Shown here in pieces: positions 26,079-39,133 of a stretch of DNA of 64,000 bases (positions within the stretch are counted from its first letter, which is position 1; every line of letters starts with the position of its first letter). This DNA is from Eledone cirrhosa (lineage: Eukaryota): the NCBI GenBank assembly GCA_964016885.1, contig OZ024742.1, positions 43,648,001 to 43,712,000 of the forward strand, read 5' to 3'. The translations under genes were made by a program, and so were the position numbers. The notes under the pieces are model-generated. The model was not told the origin of the DNA. It searched no databases and was given only the letters and a program-made list of their open reading frames with translations.

Positions 26079-26181
26079 ATATATATACATATATATATAT
26101 ATACATGTGTATATATATGTGTATATATATACATGTGTATATATATATGTGTATATATATACATGTGTATATATATATGTG

Positions 26182-26216
<35 letters not shown>

Positions 26217-26263
26217 GTGTATATATATATATATGTTTATAAACATATGTATATATATATATA

Positions 26264-26298
<35 letters not shown>

Positions 26299-26525
26299 AT
26301 ATATATATATAAACATATATATATATATATATATATAAACATATATACATATATATATATATATAAACATATATATATATATATAAACATATATATATAT
26401 ATATAAACATATATATATATATATAAACATATATATATATATATAAACATATATATATATATATAAACATATATATATATATATAAACATATATATATAT
26501 ATATAAACATATATATATATATATA

Positions 26526-26567
<42 letters not shown>

Positions 26568-26571
<4 letters not shown>

Positions 26572-26791
26572 AGAATATTTTCGAAACAGCGAGTGGGATT
26601 GAAATTATTAGAAATGTAAGCTATCGCTGTATTTTGACTAAAGAAATTAAAGAAATTATTTAGCCTGGTAGTGGGGTTAAGAACCCTCGGAGAAATGGAA
26701 AAAGATGAGTAATTTCTTTAGTCAAAATACGGCGATAGCTTACATTTCTAATAATTTCAAACCCAATCGCTGTTTCGAAAATATTCTTACA
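26568..26791. mobile_element. Fold-back/MITE-like element with ~82-bp terminal inverted repeats
   Basis: 26568-26649 is the near-perfect reverse complement of 26710-26791; flanked by (TA)n. Confidence 0.85.
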
Positions 26792-26812
26792 TATATATAT
26801 ATATATATGTTT

Positions 26813-27559
26813 GTGAGACCTGGGCATTGTGTGCAGAGGATATACGCAGACTAAAGAGGAGCGAAGCTTGCATGCTCCGCTGGATGTGTAATAGTAATAT
26901 ACGTGAATGGCAAAGCATAAACGAACTAAGGAAAAAATTAGAAATAAGAGGGATCAGATGTTGTTTACTCGGGAGAAGGCTACGTTGGTATGGTCACGTG
27001 ATGCGCATGAAAGACGACAGCTGTATAACAAAGTGCAGGGCAATAAAGATAGACGGTAGCTACGGAGTAGGCAGACCCAGAAAAACCTGGGACGAGCTGA
27101 TAAATTCCGACCTCACACACTTACACCTTTCCAAGACAATGTCACTGGACCGAGACCTTTGGCGGTACTCAGTAATAAAGACCCGCCTTACCTAAATACA
27201 AGGTAAAACCTACTACAGTCAGTAGACATCTCTAACAAAATACACACCCGTCCCACTACCCCCACCCCATCCACAATGTAAAGTTATGTTGGTGCCACAA
27301 CATCCAGGTCGAAACAAATGAGATCGTGTAGGTGTCATGACAAAAAAACACACAGTCCATGCTGCAATGTGGCCGTGTAGGCAACACAGTAAAAACCTCC
27401 CAGTCCCACACTGTAAATGTGGTTGGTGTTAGGAAGGGCAGGCAGCAGACAGTCCTATGCGAGCAAGACAATCACTCTTGCCTCAAGTGGGAAAACTCCC
27501 GTCCAAACCCATGCAAGCGTGGAACACGGACGTTAAACGATGATGATGATGATGATGAT

Positions 27560-27560
<1 letters not shown>
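26813..27560 (+). mobile_element. RTE family B 3' fragment
   Basis: ETWALCAED...KTRLT*, 3' UTR, (GAT)n tail. Confidence 0.92.
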
Positions 27561-27602
<42 letters not shown>

Positions 27603-27699
27603 TATATATGTTTATATATGTTTATATATATATATATGTTTATATATGTTTATATATATATATGTATATATATGTTTATATATATATATGTATATATAT

Positions 27700-27734
<35 letters not shown>

Positions 27735-27737
<3 letters not shown>

Positions 27738-27920
27738 GGAATTGGATGCTGAATTTGCCGACGACATAGTTTTGGTGACAGATACAGTGAAGGAGGCAGA
27801 GAATTTGATGCGGGAGGTTGAGACTGTGGGGCTGAGAATGAATGAGACTAAAACAAAATATCTGGTAGAGAATGTTGAGAAGCCAGAGGGGATCACTAAT
27901 GTAGGCAGGAAACCGCTGGA
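27735..27920 (+). pseudogene. RT fragment of a different LINE family (FADD motif, no PHD)
   Basis: [13 protein letters not shown]...[12 protein letters not shown], flanked by (TA)n. Confidence 0.7.
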
Positions 27921-27997
27921 ATATATATATATATATATAAAAATTAAACATATATTTATATATATACATATATATATATATATTTAAACATATATTT

Positions 27998-28117
<120 letters not shown>

Positions 28118-28136
28118 ATATATTTATATATATATG

Positions 28137-28361
28137 TGAAGGCGTGTGGCTGAGTGGTTAGAGAATTGTATTCGCAATCGTAGGGTTGTGAGTTCGATTC
28201 CTGGACCAGGCGATGCGTTATGTCCTTGAGCAAGACACTTTATTTCACGTTGCTCCTTCTACCTGGAGTTGCGACCGATAGATAGTATTAGCAATTGGAA
28301 AGACCAACGGAAACATTGTTCCCTCGGTCCGATTTGACAAAAAAGTCGATCGTTCCTTTCT
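28137..28361 (+). mobile_element. tRNA-derived SINE, second family (CORE/V-like domain)
   Basis: A box TGGCTGAGTGG, B box GAGTTCGATTCC, TGTCCTTGAGCAAGACACTT domain; inserted in (TA)n. Confidence 0.85.
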
Positions 28362-28405
28362 TATATATATATATAAACATATATTTATATATATATATAA
28401 ACATA

Positions 28406-28441
<36 letters not shown>

Positions 28442-28962
28442 AACATATATTTATATATATATATATAAACATATATTTATATATATATATATATAAACAT
28501 ATATTTATATATATATATATTTAAACATATATTTATATATATATATATATAAACATATATTTATATATATATATATATATATATATAAACATATATATAT
28601 ATATATATATATATAAACATATATATATATATATATATATATATAAACATATATATATATATATATAAACATATATATATAAACATTTATATATATATAT
28701 AAACATATATTTATATATATATATAAACATATATTTATATATATATATATATAAACATATATTTATATATATATATATATTATATATATATAAACATATA
28801 TTTATATGTTTATATATATATGTTTATATATATATATATATAAACATATATTTATATATATATATATAAACATATATATATAAACATATATATATATATA
28901 TATATATAAACATATATATATAAACATATATATATATATATATATATAAACATATATATATA

Positions 28963-29016
<54 letters not shown>

Positions 29017-29023
29017 TATTTAA

Positions 29024-29058
<35 letters not shown>

Positions 29059-29251
29059 CATATATATCTATATATATATATATACATATATATATATAAA
29101 CATATATATCTATATATACATGGAAAGTTATATTTAAATTGTTGGGTTAACAACGAGTAAATATTTATAACTGATATAAAAGCACTCAACAAGTATTTGG
29201 AGTATATTTATGATATTAAATAAATGGAAACTATATTTATAAAACCATATT

Positions 29252-29317
29252 TATTTCGTTATATATATTTCAGGGATATCATATTAACAATATGTTATGC
29301 CATCTTCAGACAAAATA
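29252..29317 (-). ncRNA. Type I hammerhead ribozyme
   Basis: Mirror image of 29412-29477. Confidence 0.75.
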
Positions 29318-29411
29318 CAATATAAACAGTCTTATAAATAAATAGATACGACATACCTTTCAATCACCTTGCATTTGGGAGGTTGATTTATTTATAAGAC
29401 TGTTTATATTG

Positions 29412-29477
29412 TATTTTGTCTGAAGATGGCATAACATATTGTTAATATGATATCCCTGAAATATATATAACGAAATA
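29412..29477 (+). ncRNA. Type I hammerhead ribozyme
   Basis: Stem I TATTTTGT/ACGAAATA, core CTGAAGA, stem II with CATATT-gtt-AATATG, GAAA, palindromic TATATATA stem III, AUA triplet. Confidence 0.75.
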
Positions 29478-29522
29478 AATATGGTTTTATAAATATAGTT
29501 TCCATTTATTTAATATCATATC

Positions 29523-29556
<34 letters not shown>

Positions 29557-29601
29557 AACATATATATATATATAAACATATATATATATATATATATATA
29601 T

Positions 29602-29821
29602 AGGATCGATTGACTTTCTTCAAATCGGACCGAGGAAACAATGTTTCCGCCGGTCTTTCCAATTGCTAATACTATCTATCGGTCGCAACTCCAGGTAGAA
29701 GGAGCAACGTGAAATAAAGTGTCTTGCTCAAGGACATAACGCATCGCCCGGTCCAGGAATTGAACTCACAATCTCAATATTGTGAATCCAATTCTCTAAC
29801 CACTCAGCCACACGCCTTCAC
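29602..29821 (-). mobile_element. CORE/V-like SINE copy
   Basis: Reverse complement of 28137-28355. Confidence 0.85.
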
Positions 29822-29870
29822 AATATATATATATATAAATAAACAATATATATATATATATGTTTATATA

Positions 29871-32462
29871 TCTTCCACGCTAGCATGGGTTAGACGGGTT
29901 GTCCTGTTGTGGGCAGTGTCTGGTCGGCTGACCATGCCTTGCTCATACAGGAACTGATTTGGCTTGATTTCTACAGCTGGATGCCCTTCCTAACACCAAC
30001 CTCATTTACAGTGAGTGCTGGGTGCTTTTTCGTGGCGCCTAAACGTCCACTTTACAGTGTGGGCTGGGTGCTTTTTTCCCGTGGCACCTCCACGACCACC
30101 TTGCGGTGGGGTGTGTGGGGGCATATTGTCTATATGTTTCAGCTTGTACCCATGGGAGGTCGGGTACTCTGTATTACTGCGTGACGCCAGAAGTCACGGT
30201 CGTGTGTCATTGTCTTTGAGAGGTGTAATTGGGTAAGGTCGGCTTTTATCACCACATCCCAGGTCATCTTGGGTCTCCCCACTCCACGGTTTCCATCAAC
30301 TTCTAGTGCTCTGCACCTTTTTATGCAGCTGTCATCCTTCATACGCATCACATGTCCATACCAGCGCAACCACCTCTCCTGCACACAGCATTTGATTCCT
30401 CTTATGCTCAGTCTCTCTCACAATTCATTTATGCTTTGTCGTTCACGTATATTATTGTTACACATCCATCGGAGCATGCAGGCTTCGTTTCTCTCTAATC
30501 TACGTAAGTCTTCCACCTTCAGCGCCCAGGTCTCGCTACCATGCAACATCGCTGTTCGGATACATGCATCATACAGTCTGCTTTCATTCTGAGGGAGAAG
30601 CCTTTTGCAGCTAGCAGTGGTAGTAGTTCCCTAAACTTCTTCCATCCCGTTCTTACCCTAGTTATTGCACTTTCTAAACACTCACCTCCGTTGCTAATTC
30701 GGTCACCTAGGTAGCAGAAGCTGTCTACTGTTTCTACAGGGCCCTCCCAGAGATTGGTGGTACTTGTTTCCTGTGGCTGTTTGCTGTCTCAGCACAGCTG
30801 CTGCATGTAATCCTACATTCTTAATTAAGCTTCCTGAGATCCCGCTACATCTCTTGTGTACCCATTGTTTGCATTTGGGGCAGAGAATGGAGTTCCTACC
30901 TACACCTTTCCTACATACTGAGCAAGGCCATTTACCTGAGGGGATCTGGGTTCTGTTTTCTCGTCTACTTACAAGGACCTTAGTCTTTGTCATGTTGACT
31001 TTGAGACCCTTTCTTTCTAGTCCCTGCTTCCAGGTTTTGAATTTATTCTCTAGTTCTACCATAGATTCAGCTATGAGTGCGAGGTCATCAGCATACAGGA
31101 GTTCACATGGGCATCCGGTCTTAAACTCCTCCGTTATTGCCTGCAGGACTATGATGAACAGGAGGGGGCTAAGAACAGAGCCCTGGTGGACCCCAACCTG
31201 TACGCTAAATTCCTCGCTATACTCATTGCTAATCCTAACTTTGCTGACTGCTCCCCTATACATGGCTTGTACAGCTTTCACAAGCCATTCCTCTACTCCT
31301 AGTTTTCTAAGAGCCCACCAGATTACAGCACGTGGAACGCTGTCAAAGGCTTTCTCAAGGTCGACAAATGCCAAATAGAGTGGCTTACTTTTAGCTAGGT
31401 ACTTTTCCTGTAATTGCCTCACAAGGAAGAGGGCATCAGTGGTGCCTCCTCCTGGTACAAACCCAAATTGCATCTCGTCTATTTTCACCCGGTCCCTAAT
31501 CAGCTGTGCTATAACTCTTTCTGTTACTTTCATGACCTGGTCCATCAACTTGATACCTCTATAGTTTCCTCTATCTAGTGCATCGCCTTTACCTTTGTAG
31601 CAGTTGACAATGATGCTACTGCACCAATCTTTTGGTATGGCCCCTTCTAGTATTACCTGGTTAACGATACGTGTGGTTATAGTGTGACCTACAGACCCAG
31701 ATGCCTTCAGCATCTCGGCAGCTATACCCGATGAACCGGTTGCCTTCCCCATCTTCATATCTTTGATTGCCTTACTTACTACGGTGCCGCTGACTTGTAC
31801 TGCTGGTCCCTCTATAGGGTCTACTTGGGGTAGGGTCTCTTCTTCCCATGCATTCTCCTCATTTAGTAATCTATCATAATGACTCTTCCATGCATCTTTC
31901 TTCTCAGCACTTGTGAGGGTAAGCTCACCTTTATCATTCCGGATACACTTCTCTCCAATGACATCACAACTATCTCTGACACACTGCCTCGCAATCTTGA
32001 ATACCTCCTGTTTCTGGTCCTCACGTTGTAAAACATGCTTGAATTTTCTATCCTCTGCTTCCCTCCTAGCTAAGTATACTTGTCGCCTAGCTTCCCTCTT
32101 GGTCTCTATGTAATGTACCCTGCTCCCCCCGTTCTTCCATTCTTTCCATGCCTGTCTCTTGGCCTTGACTGCTTCATCTACCTTATTGTTCCACCACCAA
32201 GTCACTCTCCTCCTGCTTGAGGTTTTACTCCAGCCACAGACCTCATCCGTCGCCTCTAGTAAATTATTTTTTAGGAACTCCCAGTTCTCTTCTACATTAA
32301 ATGTCTCTATCTGTTCTTCTTTACTGTCGTAGGCGTTGAGTAAAATATCTTTAAATCTGTTACTGGTTGAGGGGACTTTCAGCTTCCAGATCTTTCTTCT
32401 CCAGGTTGGCCTCTGTGTCCGGGTTCGTCTAGTTCTGACCGTGAGGTCGCTGATAACTAAGC

Positions 32463-32465
<3 letters not shown>
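29871..32465 (-). mobile_element. RTE family A, 5'-truncated, lacking (GAT)n tail, frameshifted
   Basis: Reverse complement of about 717-3319; both ends abut (TA)n. Confidence 0.93.
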
Positions 32466-32524
<59 letters not shown>

Positions 32525-32601
32525 TATATATATATAAACATATATATATATATATAAACATATATATATATATATATAAACACATATATATATATATATA
32601 A

Positions 32602-32712
<111 letters not shown>

Positions 32713-32750
32713 ATTAAATAAATGGAAAACTATATTTATAAAACCATATC

Positions 32751-32816
32751 TATTTCATTATATATATTTCGGGGATATCATATTAACAATATGCTATGCC
32801 TTCATCAGACAAAATA
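32751..32816 (-). ncRNA. Type I hammerhead ribozyme
   Basis: Mirror image of 38533-38598. Confidence 0.75.
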
Positions 32817-33174
32817 CAATATAAACAGTTTTATAGATAAATATATTCGACATACCGTAATAAACATCAACTTCATTTGAAGAGGTTTACTCTAGCAGTG
32901 AAAATACAGAGAGAAAGAAAGAGAGAAAGAAAAGAGGGAAAAACGAAAGAAAGAAAGACAAAACGAAGAGAAGGAAGAAAAAGAAGAAAAAGAAAAAGAA
33001 GAAATGCATGGAACAAAATAGAGAGATGGAAAAATAGATAAAGTGAAGAGCTTCATGTAAAGAGACAGAAAGATATATATATATATAGAGAGAGAGGAAA
33101 TAGAGATAGATACATATATATATAGAAAATTAGGTAGTGGGAGGTCATTTTGAGTAAGTGTATCAATGATACAT

Positions 33175-33209
<35 letters not shown>

Positions 33210-34330
33210 GCTCAAGTATTAATGTAAGGGAGATATATAGAGAGATATAGAGAGATATAGAGAGAGAAAAAAATTTAAAAATATCCAGACATATTCGAGG
33301 CGTAGAAAACCCTATATTTTAATGTATTAGTATTTATATATTTATAAAACTTACACTACACTGTAAATATCAGTATTCCTGAATGAAACAAGTATTCACA
33401 ATGTGTGAAAATTCATTATCTTATGTTTAGTTTTAAAAATTCATATGTCTATGTGACAGCTACAAATCTCAATTTGAATCCAACTGATTCACTCCGCAAA
33501 CTCTAAGTTATCGGAAAACATTCTCAATGTGGTATAAAAATTTGAGCGTATTATTATTCTTGCGATTACTCTACAAGATTATCTATCAAGCAGAAATAGA
33601 GAGCAGATTTCAATATACTAATCGAAAATATATATTATATTATAAACATAATAATAAGTAAAAATATAGAATAGAAAACTAAAAAAATATTACGAAAGAA
33701 TATTACATAATAAAAATATTGCATATTAAAAATACTACGTATTAAAAAATATTACGTATTAAAGATTTACATATAAAAATTTACATATAAAAATATACAT
33801 ATAAAAATTTACATATAAAAATTTACATATAAAAATATATAAAAATATTAAAAAAATAAATAAAATAAAAATAAAAATATTATAGAATACTACAATACTA
33901 AAAGAATAAAAGTAAAAATAAAAATAAAAATAAAAATAAAAATGAAAATAAAAATAAAAATAAACCACAAAAAAACAACCCTTCAAAGTTAATTGACAAT
34001 ATATTGCCACGTTCACTACAAGACAAAGCCAAAAATTATCTATCAAATCACATCTAGCAAAGAATATCGTAAAAAAGAATATGATGTCCAATTATGTCTA
34101 CATATGTTCCTATGTTTAATATAGAAGTTTATCTAGTGTAAGGTTAATTCAAAAAATTTGGAGCATCGGCTTTTAGGGTAGCTTAATTTTTCATGAGGAA
34201 TGTTTAGATAAAAATAAAAATAAATAAAATAAAATAAACAATAAAAAGAGTAAAACGAGGGAATCAAAGATTTAGGAATCAAAAGATTTATCGGCTAGTT
34301 CTCATATAAATATAAATCAAACTAAATATA

Positions 34331-36319
34331 CTACATTTTAAATTTAAATTTATATTTAAACGTTGAGTTTAATCTATGTTTGCAACAACTGAATAAATTT
34401 GTCCGTAGGTTAAGGGAGTTTTTAGATTTTAGTATAAAGAATATCTCCTCTGCACAGAGGTCACATGTCTCAGAGGATGAATTAAAAGGAATCCCTCTTG
34501 AGACTATATTCCAAGCCGTCGAATATCTAACGTTATCTAGCTTAAGTTGCCAGAGTACCCCTGATAGTGCCGTTGAAGATTTTTTATTTGGGTCTGTGAA
34601 AGAATTCTTGTGATTATTATAGCGAAGTTTAAATTCCGTCGATGTGGAACCGACGTAGTTAAAAGAATTAGAGTCAGTATTAACATTACAATTGTATACT
34701 ATATTTTTAACTAAGCAGTTGTTATTTAACGGACATTTAGATCTATCTCTACAGTTACATTTGTTAACTTGTATATTATTTATGCTATTATCAGTAGGTT
34801 TTAAGTTCCTATTATTTATTCTATTAATATTTTGTGCTAAATTTTTGGTGGATGAGTAGGTTAATTTAATTGTATGCCTATTGAAGATTGAGTGATACCT
34901 ATGTGTTCTAGGGAAGCGATTATCAAGAGCTTTGAAAAATAATTTAGCGATGTGGGTTTTAATGTTTAGTGAGAAAGGGGGGGCAAACCAAATTATGTTC
35001 CTAGTTCTATTTCTTTTTTGTCCTTTGGAATTATTATAGTTGTTAATGTTGTTGCCGTAATTAAAAAAGTTGTTACTTTGTTTAGTTTGTCTATCATTAT
35101 CTATGTATACAATCTTATCAGCATACCCTGCCCTAGCTAGTGCATCATTATAGTATTGGGCCTTTTCGTCAAAAATCTTTCTATTCGACGAGATCCTAGA
35201 GATACGTTTTTGGACTGAGTTTACTATAGTGTTTTTGACAGATCTGGGGTGGTTAGAGTTAAAGTTGACATAGTTTAAGTTTTCATTCAACTTGTGAAAA
35301 GGATAGTGGAGACATGTGTTGAGATTTAATGTTATATCTAGGAAATTGACTATTCTATGGTTGTTCTCAATTTCTATTTTAAGGTTAAAGTAATTAAAAA
35401 ATTTTGTAATTTGTTTACATTTTCTATTTAGTTCAGGGTTATTATTATTAATAAGTAAAAGCATGTCATCCCTATATAAACCTCCGGTAGTACCAGGTAT
35501 TTTCCTATGTAGCGAATTGATTAAAAATAAGCCCACAAGGTCAGTTACCTGAGCTGAGTCGGAAGATCCCATAGTTATGTCAAAATTGCTATCTCTATCT
35601 GCTCTAGTCCATAATTTGTCATTAAATTCTATCAGAGTTTTCCTAGCCGATAATATAATATGCATTTCTTTGCTAGTTAGGTCCGTATGTTTGAATGCGT
35701 AATTTAGTGCCCTATTTAGTAGACTAGGGGTAATAGAAGAATAATAGTTAGCTATATCAAGTTGAATAAACCTATTATTATTGTCATATTTAATTTGCCT
35801 AAACCACTCAACAACCTCTCCAGTTCCCTTCCACAAGCTCAGGTTAGATACACAATCCAAGTTCTTAATTTGCAGTATCACCCTGTCAAGAATGCTTTTA
35901 CTTAATTTTCCCAGGTCCGATTTTGAAGGTGCGATCAATCTCACTGGCAGGTCATTTTCAAAATTGCTCTTGTGGTCCTTCATATTGATCTTCGGTTTCC
36001 TGGGCACGAAAGGTTGTGTTCTGTTCTCAATTTCCAACTCATGCATTATACAAGATGCTTCAACATTCATTTTCTCAAGTTCGGCCTTATCTGCTACCTT
36101 GTATTTTTTCCTCAGCTCTTTCAGTATGAGGCCATTATACATGTCTTTCCGCACTCCATAGAGGTTGTTGGTCTTGTCAGATTTCACCAAGATCTTCTCA
36201 GTTTTCTCTAAGCTCTCAATGTTATTCTTAATGCCTTTCAGATATTCCTGGCCTTTAAAGTTTCTCTTAAATTTGACCCCTTGTATGATAGAAATTATAT
36301 CGTTTTCAAAGTCAGATAA
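34331..36319 (-). CDS. PLE RT + C-terminal GIY-YIG endonuclease, 5'-truncated
   Basis: Frame stays open upstream of the called start (LSDFENDII...KILVKSDKT). DKT motif, FIQLDIANYYSSI, ITMGSSDS, GLYRDD, FLDI, SNHP, CNCRx4CP, IVY..YVGST..FKLRY..H, CDLC..E, CCKH. Confidence 0.9.
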   Translation of the reverse strand, partial: LSDFENDIISIIQGVKFKRNFKGQEYLKGIKNNIESLEKTEKILVKSDKTNNLYGVRKDMYNGLILKELRKKYKVADKAELEKMNVEASCIMHELEIENRTQPFVPRKPKINMKDHKSNFENDLPVRLIAPSKSDLGKLSKSILDRVILQIKNLDCVSNLSLWKGTGEVVEWFRQIKYDNNNRFIQLDIANYYSSITPSLLNRALNYAFKHTDLTSKEMHIILSARKTLIEFNDKLWTRADRDSNFDITMGSSDSAQVTDLVGLFLINSLHRKIPGTTGGLYRDDMLLLINNNNPELNRKCKQITKFFNYFNLKIEIENNHRIVNFLDITLNLNTCLHYPFHKLNENLNYVNFNSNHPRSVKNTIVNSVQKRISRISSNRKIFDEKAQYYNDALARAGYADKIVYIDNDRQTKQSNNFFNYGNNINNYNNSKGQKRNRTRNIIWFAPPFSLNIKTHIAKLFFKALDNRFPRTHRYHSIFNRHTIKLTYSSTKNLAQNINRINNRNLKPTDNSINNIQVNKCNCRDRSKCPLNNNCLVKNIVYNCNVNTDSNSFNYVGSTSTEFKLRYNNHKNSFTDPNKKSSTALSGVLWQLKLDNVRYSTAWNIVSRGIPFNSSSETCDLCAEEIFFILKSKNSLNLRTNLFSCCKHRLNSTFKYKFKFKM

Positions 36320-36343
36320 AACCTCTATGGAGTGCGGAAAGAC

Positions 36344-37009
36344 ATGTATAATGGCCTCATACTGAAAGAGCTAAACATTAAAACCCACATCGCTAAATTA
36401 TTTTTCAAAGCTCTTGATAATCGCTTCCCTAGAACACATAGGTATCACTCAATCTTCAATAGGCATACAATTAAATTAACCTACTCATCCACCAAAAATT
36501 TAGCACAAAATATTAATAGAATAAATAATAGGAACTTAAAACCTACTGATAATAGCATAAATAATATACAAGTTAACAAATGTAACTGTAGAGATAGATC
36601 TAAATGTCCGTTAAATAACAACTGCTTAGTTAAAAATATAGTATACAATTGTAATGTTAATACTGACTCTAATTCTTTTAACTACGTCGGTTCCACATCG
36701 ACGGAATTTAAACTTCGCTATAATAACCACAAGAATTCTTTCACAGACCCAAATAAAAAATCTTCAACGGCACTATCAGGGGTACTCTGGCAACTTAAGC
36801 TAGATAACGTTAGATATTCGACGGCTTGGAATATAGTCTCAAGAGGGATTCCTTTTAATTCATCCTCTGAGACATGTGACCTCTGTGCAGAGGAGATATT
36901 CTTTATACTAAAATCTAAAAACTCCCTTAACCTACGGACAAATTTATTCAGTTGTTGCAAACATAGATTAAACTCAACGTTTAAATATAAATTTAAATTT
37001 AAAATGTAG
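36344..37009 (+). CDS. RT-less GIY-YIG endonuclease ORF created by an in-frame junction
   Basis: MYNGLILKEL joined to NIKTHIAK...; downstream of the junction it matches the C-terminus of the minus-strand ORF. No evidence of expression. Confidence 0.45.
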   Translation: MYNGLILKELNIKTHIAKLFFKALDNRFPRTHRYHSIFNRHTIKLTYSSTKNLAQNINRINNRNLKPTDNSINNIQVNKCNCRDRSKCPLNNNCLVKNIVYNCNVNTDSNSFNYVGSTSTEFKLRYNNHKNSFTDPNKKSSTALSGVLWQLKLDNVRYSTAWNIVSRGIPFNSSSETCDLCAEEIFFILKSKNSLNLRTNLFSCCKHRLNSTFKYKFKFKM

Positions 37010-38130
37010 TATATTTAGTTTGATTTATATTTATATGAGAACTAGCCGATAAATCTTTTGATTCCTAAATCTTTGATTCCCTCGTTTTACTCTTTTTATT
37101 GTTTATTTTATTTTATTTATTTTTATTTTTATCTAAACATTCCTCATGAAAAATTAAGCTACCCTAAAAGCCGATGCTCCAAATTTTTTGAATTAACCTT
37201 ACACTAGATAAACTTCTATATTAAACATAGGAACATATGTAGACATAATTGGACATCATAATCTTTTTTACGATATTCTTTGCTAGATGTGATTTGATAG
37301 ATAATTTTTGGCTTTGTCTTGTAGTGAACGTGGCAATATATTGTCAATTAACTTTGAAGGGTTGTTTTTTTGTGGTTTATTTTTATTTTTATTTTCATTT
37401 TTATTTTTATTTTTATTTTTATTTTTACTTTTATTCTTTTAGTATTGTAGTATTCTATAATATTTTTATTTTTATTTTATTTATTTTTTTAATATTTTTA
37501 TATATTTTTATATGTAAATTTTTATATGTAAATTTTTATATGTATATTTTTATATGTAAATTTTTATATGTAAATCTTTAATACGTAATATTTTTTAATA
37601 CGTAGTATTTTTAATATGCAATATTTTTATTATGTAATATTCTTTCGTAATATTTTTTTAGTTTTCTATTCTATATTTTTACTTATTATTATGTTTATAA
37701 TATAATATATATTTTCGATTAGTATATTGAAATCTGCTCTCTATTTCTGCTTGATAGATAATCTTGTAGAGTAATCGCAAGAATAATAATACGCTCAAAT
37801 TTTTATACCACATTGAGAATGTTTTCCGATAACTTAGAGTTTGCGGAGTGAATCAGTTGGATTCAAATTGAGATTTGTAGCTGTCACATAGACATATGAA
37901 TTTTTAAAACTAAACATAAGATAATGAATTTTCACACATTGTGAATACTTGTTTCATTCAGGAATACTGATATTTACAGTGTAGTGTAAGTTTTATAAAT
38001 ATATAAATACTAATACATTAAAATATAGGGTTTTCTACGCCTCGAATATGTCTGGATATTTTTAAATTTTTTTCTCTCTCTATATCTCTCTATATCTCTC
38101 TATATATCTCCCTTACATTAATACTTGAGC

Positions 38131-38165
<35 letters not shown>

Positions 38166-38532
38166 ATGTATCATTGATACACTTACTCAAAATGACCTCC
38201 CACTACCTAATTTTCTATATATATATGTATCTATCTCTATTTCCTCTCTCTCTATATATATATATATCTTTCTGTCTCTTTACATGAAGCTCTTCACTTT
38301 ATCTATTTTTCCATCTCTCTATTTTGTTCCATGCATTTCTTCTTTTTCTTTTTTTTCTTTTTCTTCTTTTTCTTCCTTCTCTTCGTTTTGTCTTTCTTTC
38401 TTTCGTTTTTCCCTCTTTTCTTTCTCTCTTTCTTTCTCTCTGTATTTTCACTGCTAGAGTAAACATCTTCAAATGAAGTTGATGTTTATTACGGTATGTC
38501 GAATATATTTATCTATAAAACTGTTTATATTG

Positions 38533-38598
38533 TATTTTGTCTGATGAAGGCATAGCATATTGTTAATATGATATCCCCGAAATATATATAATGAAATA
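38533..38598 (+). ncRNA. Type I hammerhead ribozyme
   Basis: Stem I TATTTTGT/ATGAAATA, CTGATGA 38541-38547, stem II, GAAA, TATATATA. Confidence 0.75.
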
Positions 38599-38726
38599 GA
38601 TATGGTTTTATAAATATAGTTTTCCATTTATTTAATATTGTAAATATACTCCAAATATTTGTCGAGTGCTTTTATATCAGTTATAAATATTTACTAGTTG
38701 TAACCCAACAATTTTAAATATAACTT

Positions 38727-38793
<67 letters not shown>

Positions 38794-38795
<2 letters not shown>

Positions 38796-39133
38796 TATTT
38801 TCCGTTGTGTTGTAATATAAATATTACACACAGTAGATTATCAGCTCACGTAGAGAATTACTCACTGCCACCAAGAATTCTCACTGCTATCGAAAAACCA
38901 CTCCTTCAACTATTCTTCTAACAACTTCACCCCTCCCTCCTAATATTCTCTATAAAAACTAAATAGGTCCTCAGTAATATTATTCTGATGAAATGACAGT
39001 AAATAATAACATTGAAATATTGAATGTCTGCATAACTAAAAGTTTGTAGATAGCAGCTGTTTTAGGTTATGTAACTGTTATAGAAACACGTGTCAATAAA
39101 TTCCTTTCAACTAAACTGTATCCATTCAAATCT

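Larger units (their letters stand above)
29117..29520. mobile_element. Miniature fold-back made of two inverted PLE 3' ends, each with an HHR
   Basis: Arms about 29209-29343 and 29385-29520; homologous to 32709-32890 and 38500-38730. Confidence 0.85.

Noticed and set aside
28137-28215. tRNA gene
   Set aside because: A and B boxes belong to a SINE head followed by a SINE core; no intact cloverleaf is evident.
34331-36319. Naiad-type selenoprotein PLE
   Set aside because: The endonuclease is C-terminal and there are no in-frame TGA codons.
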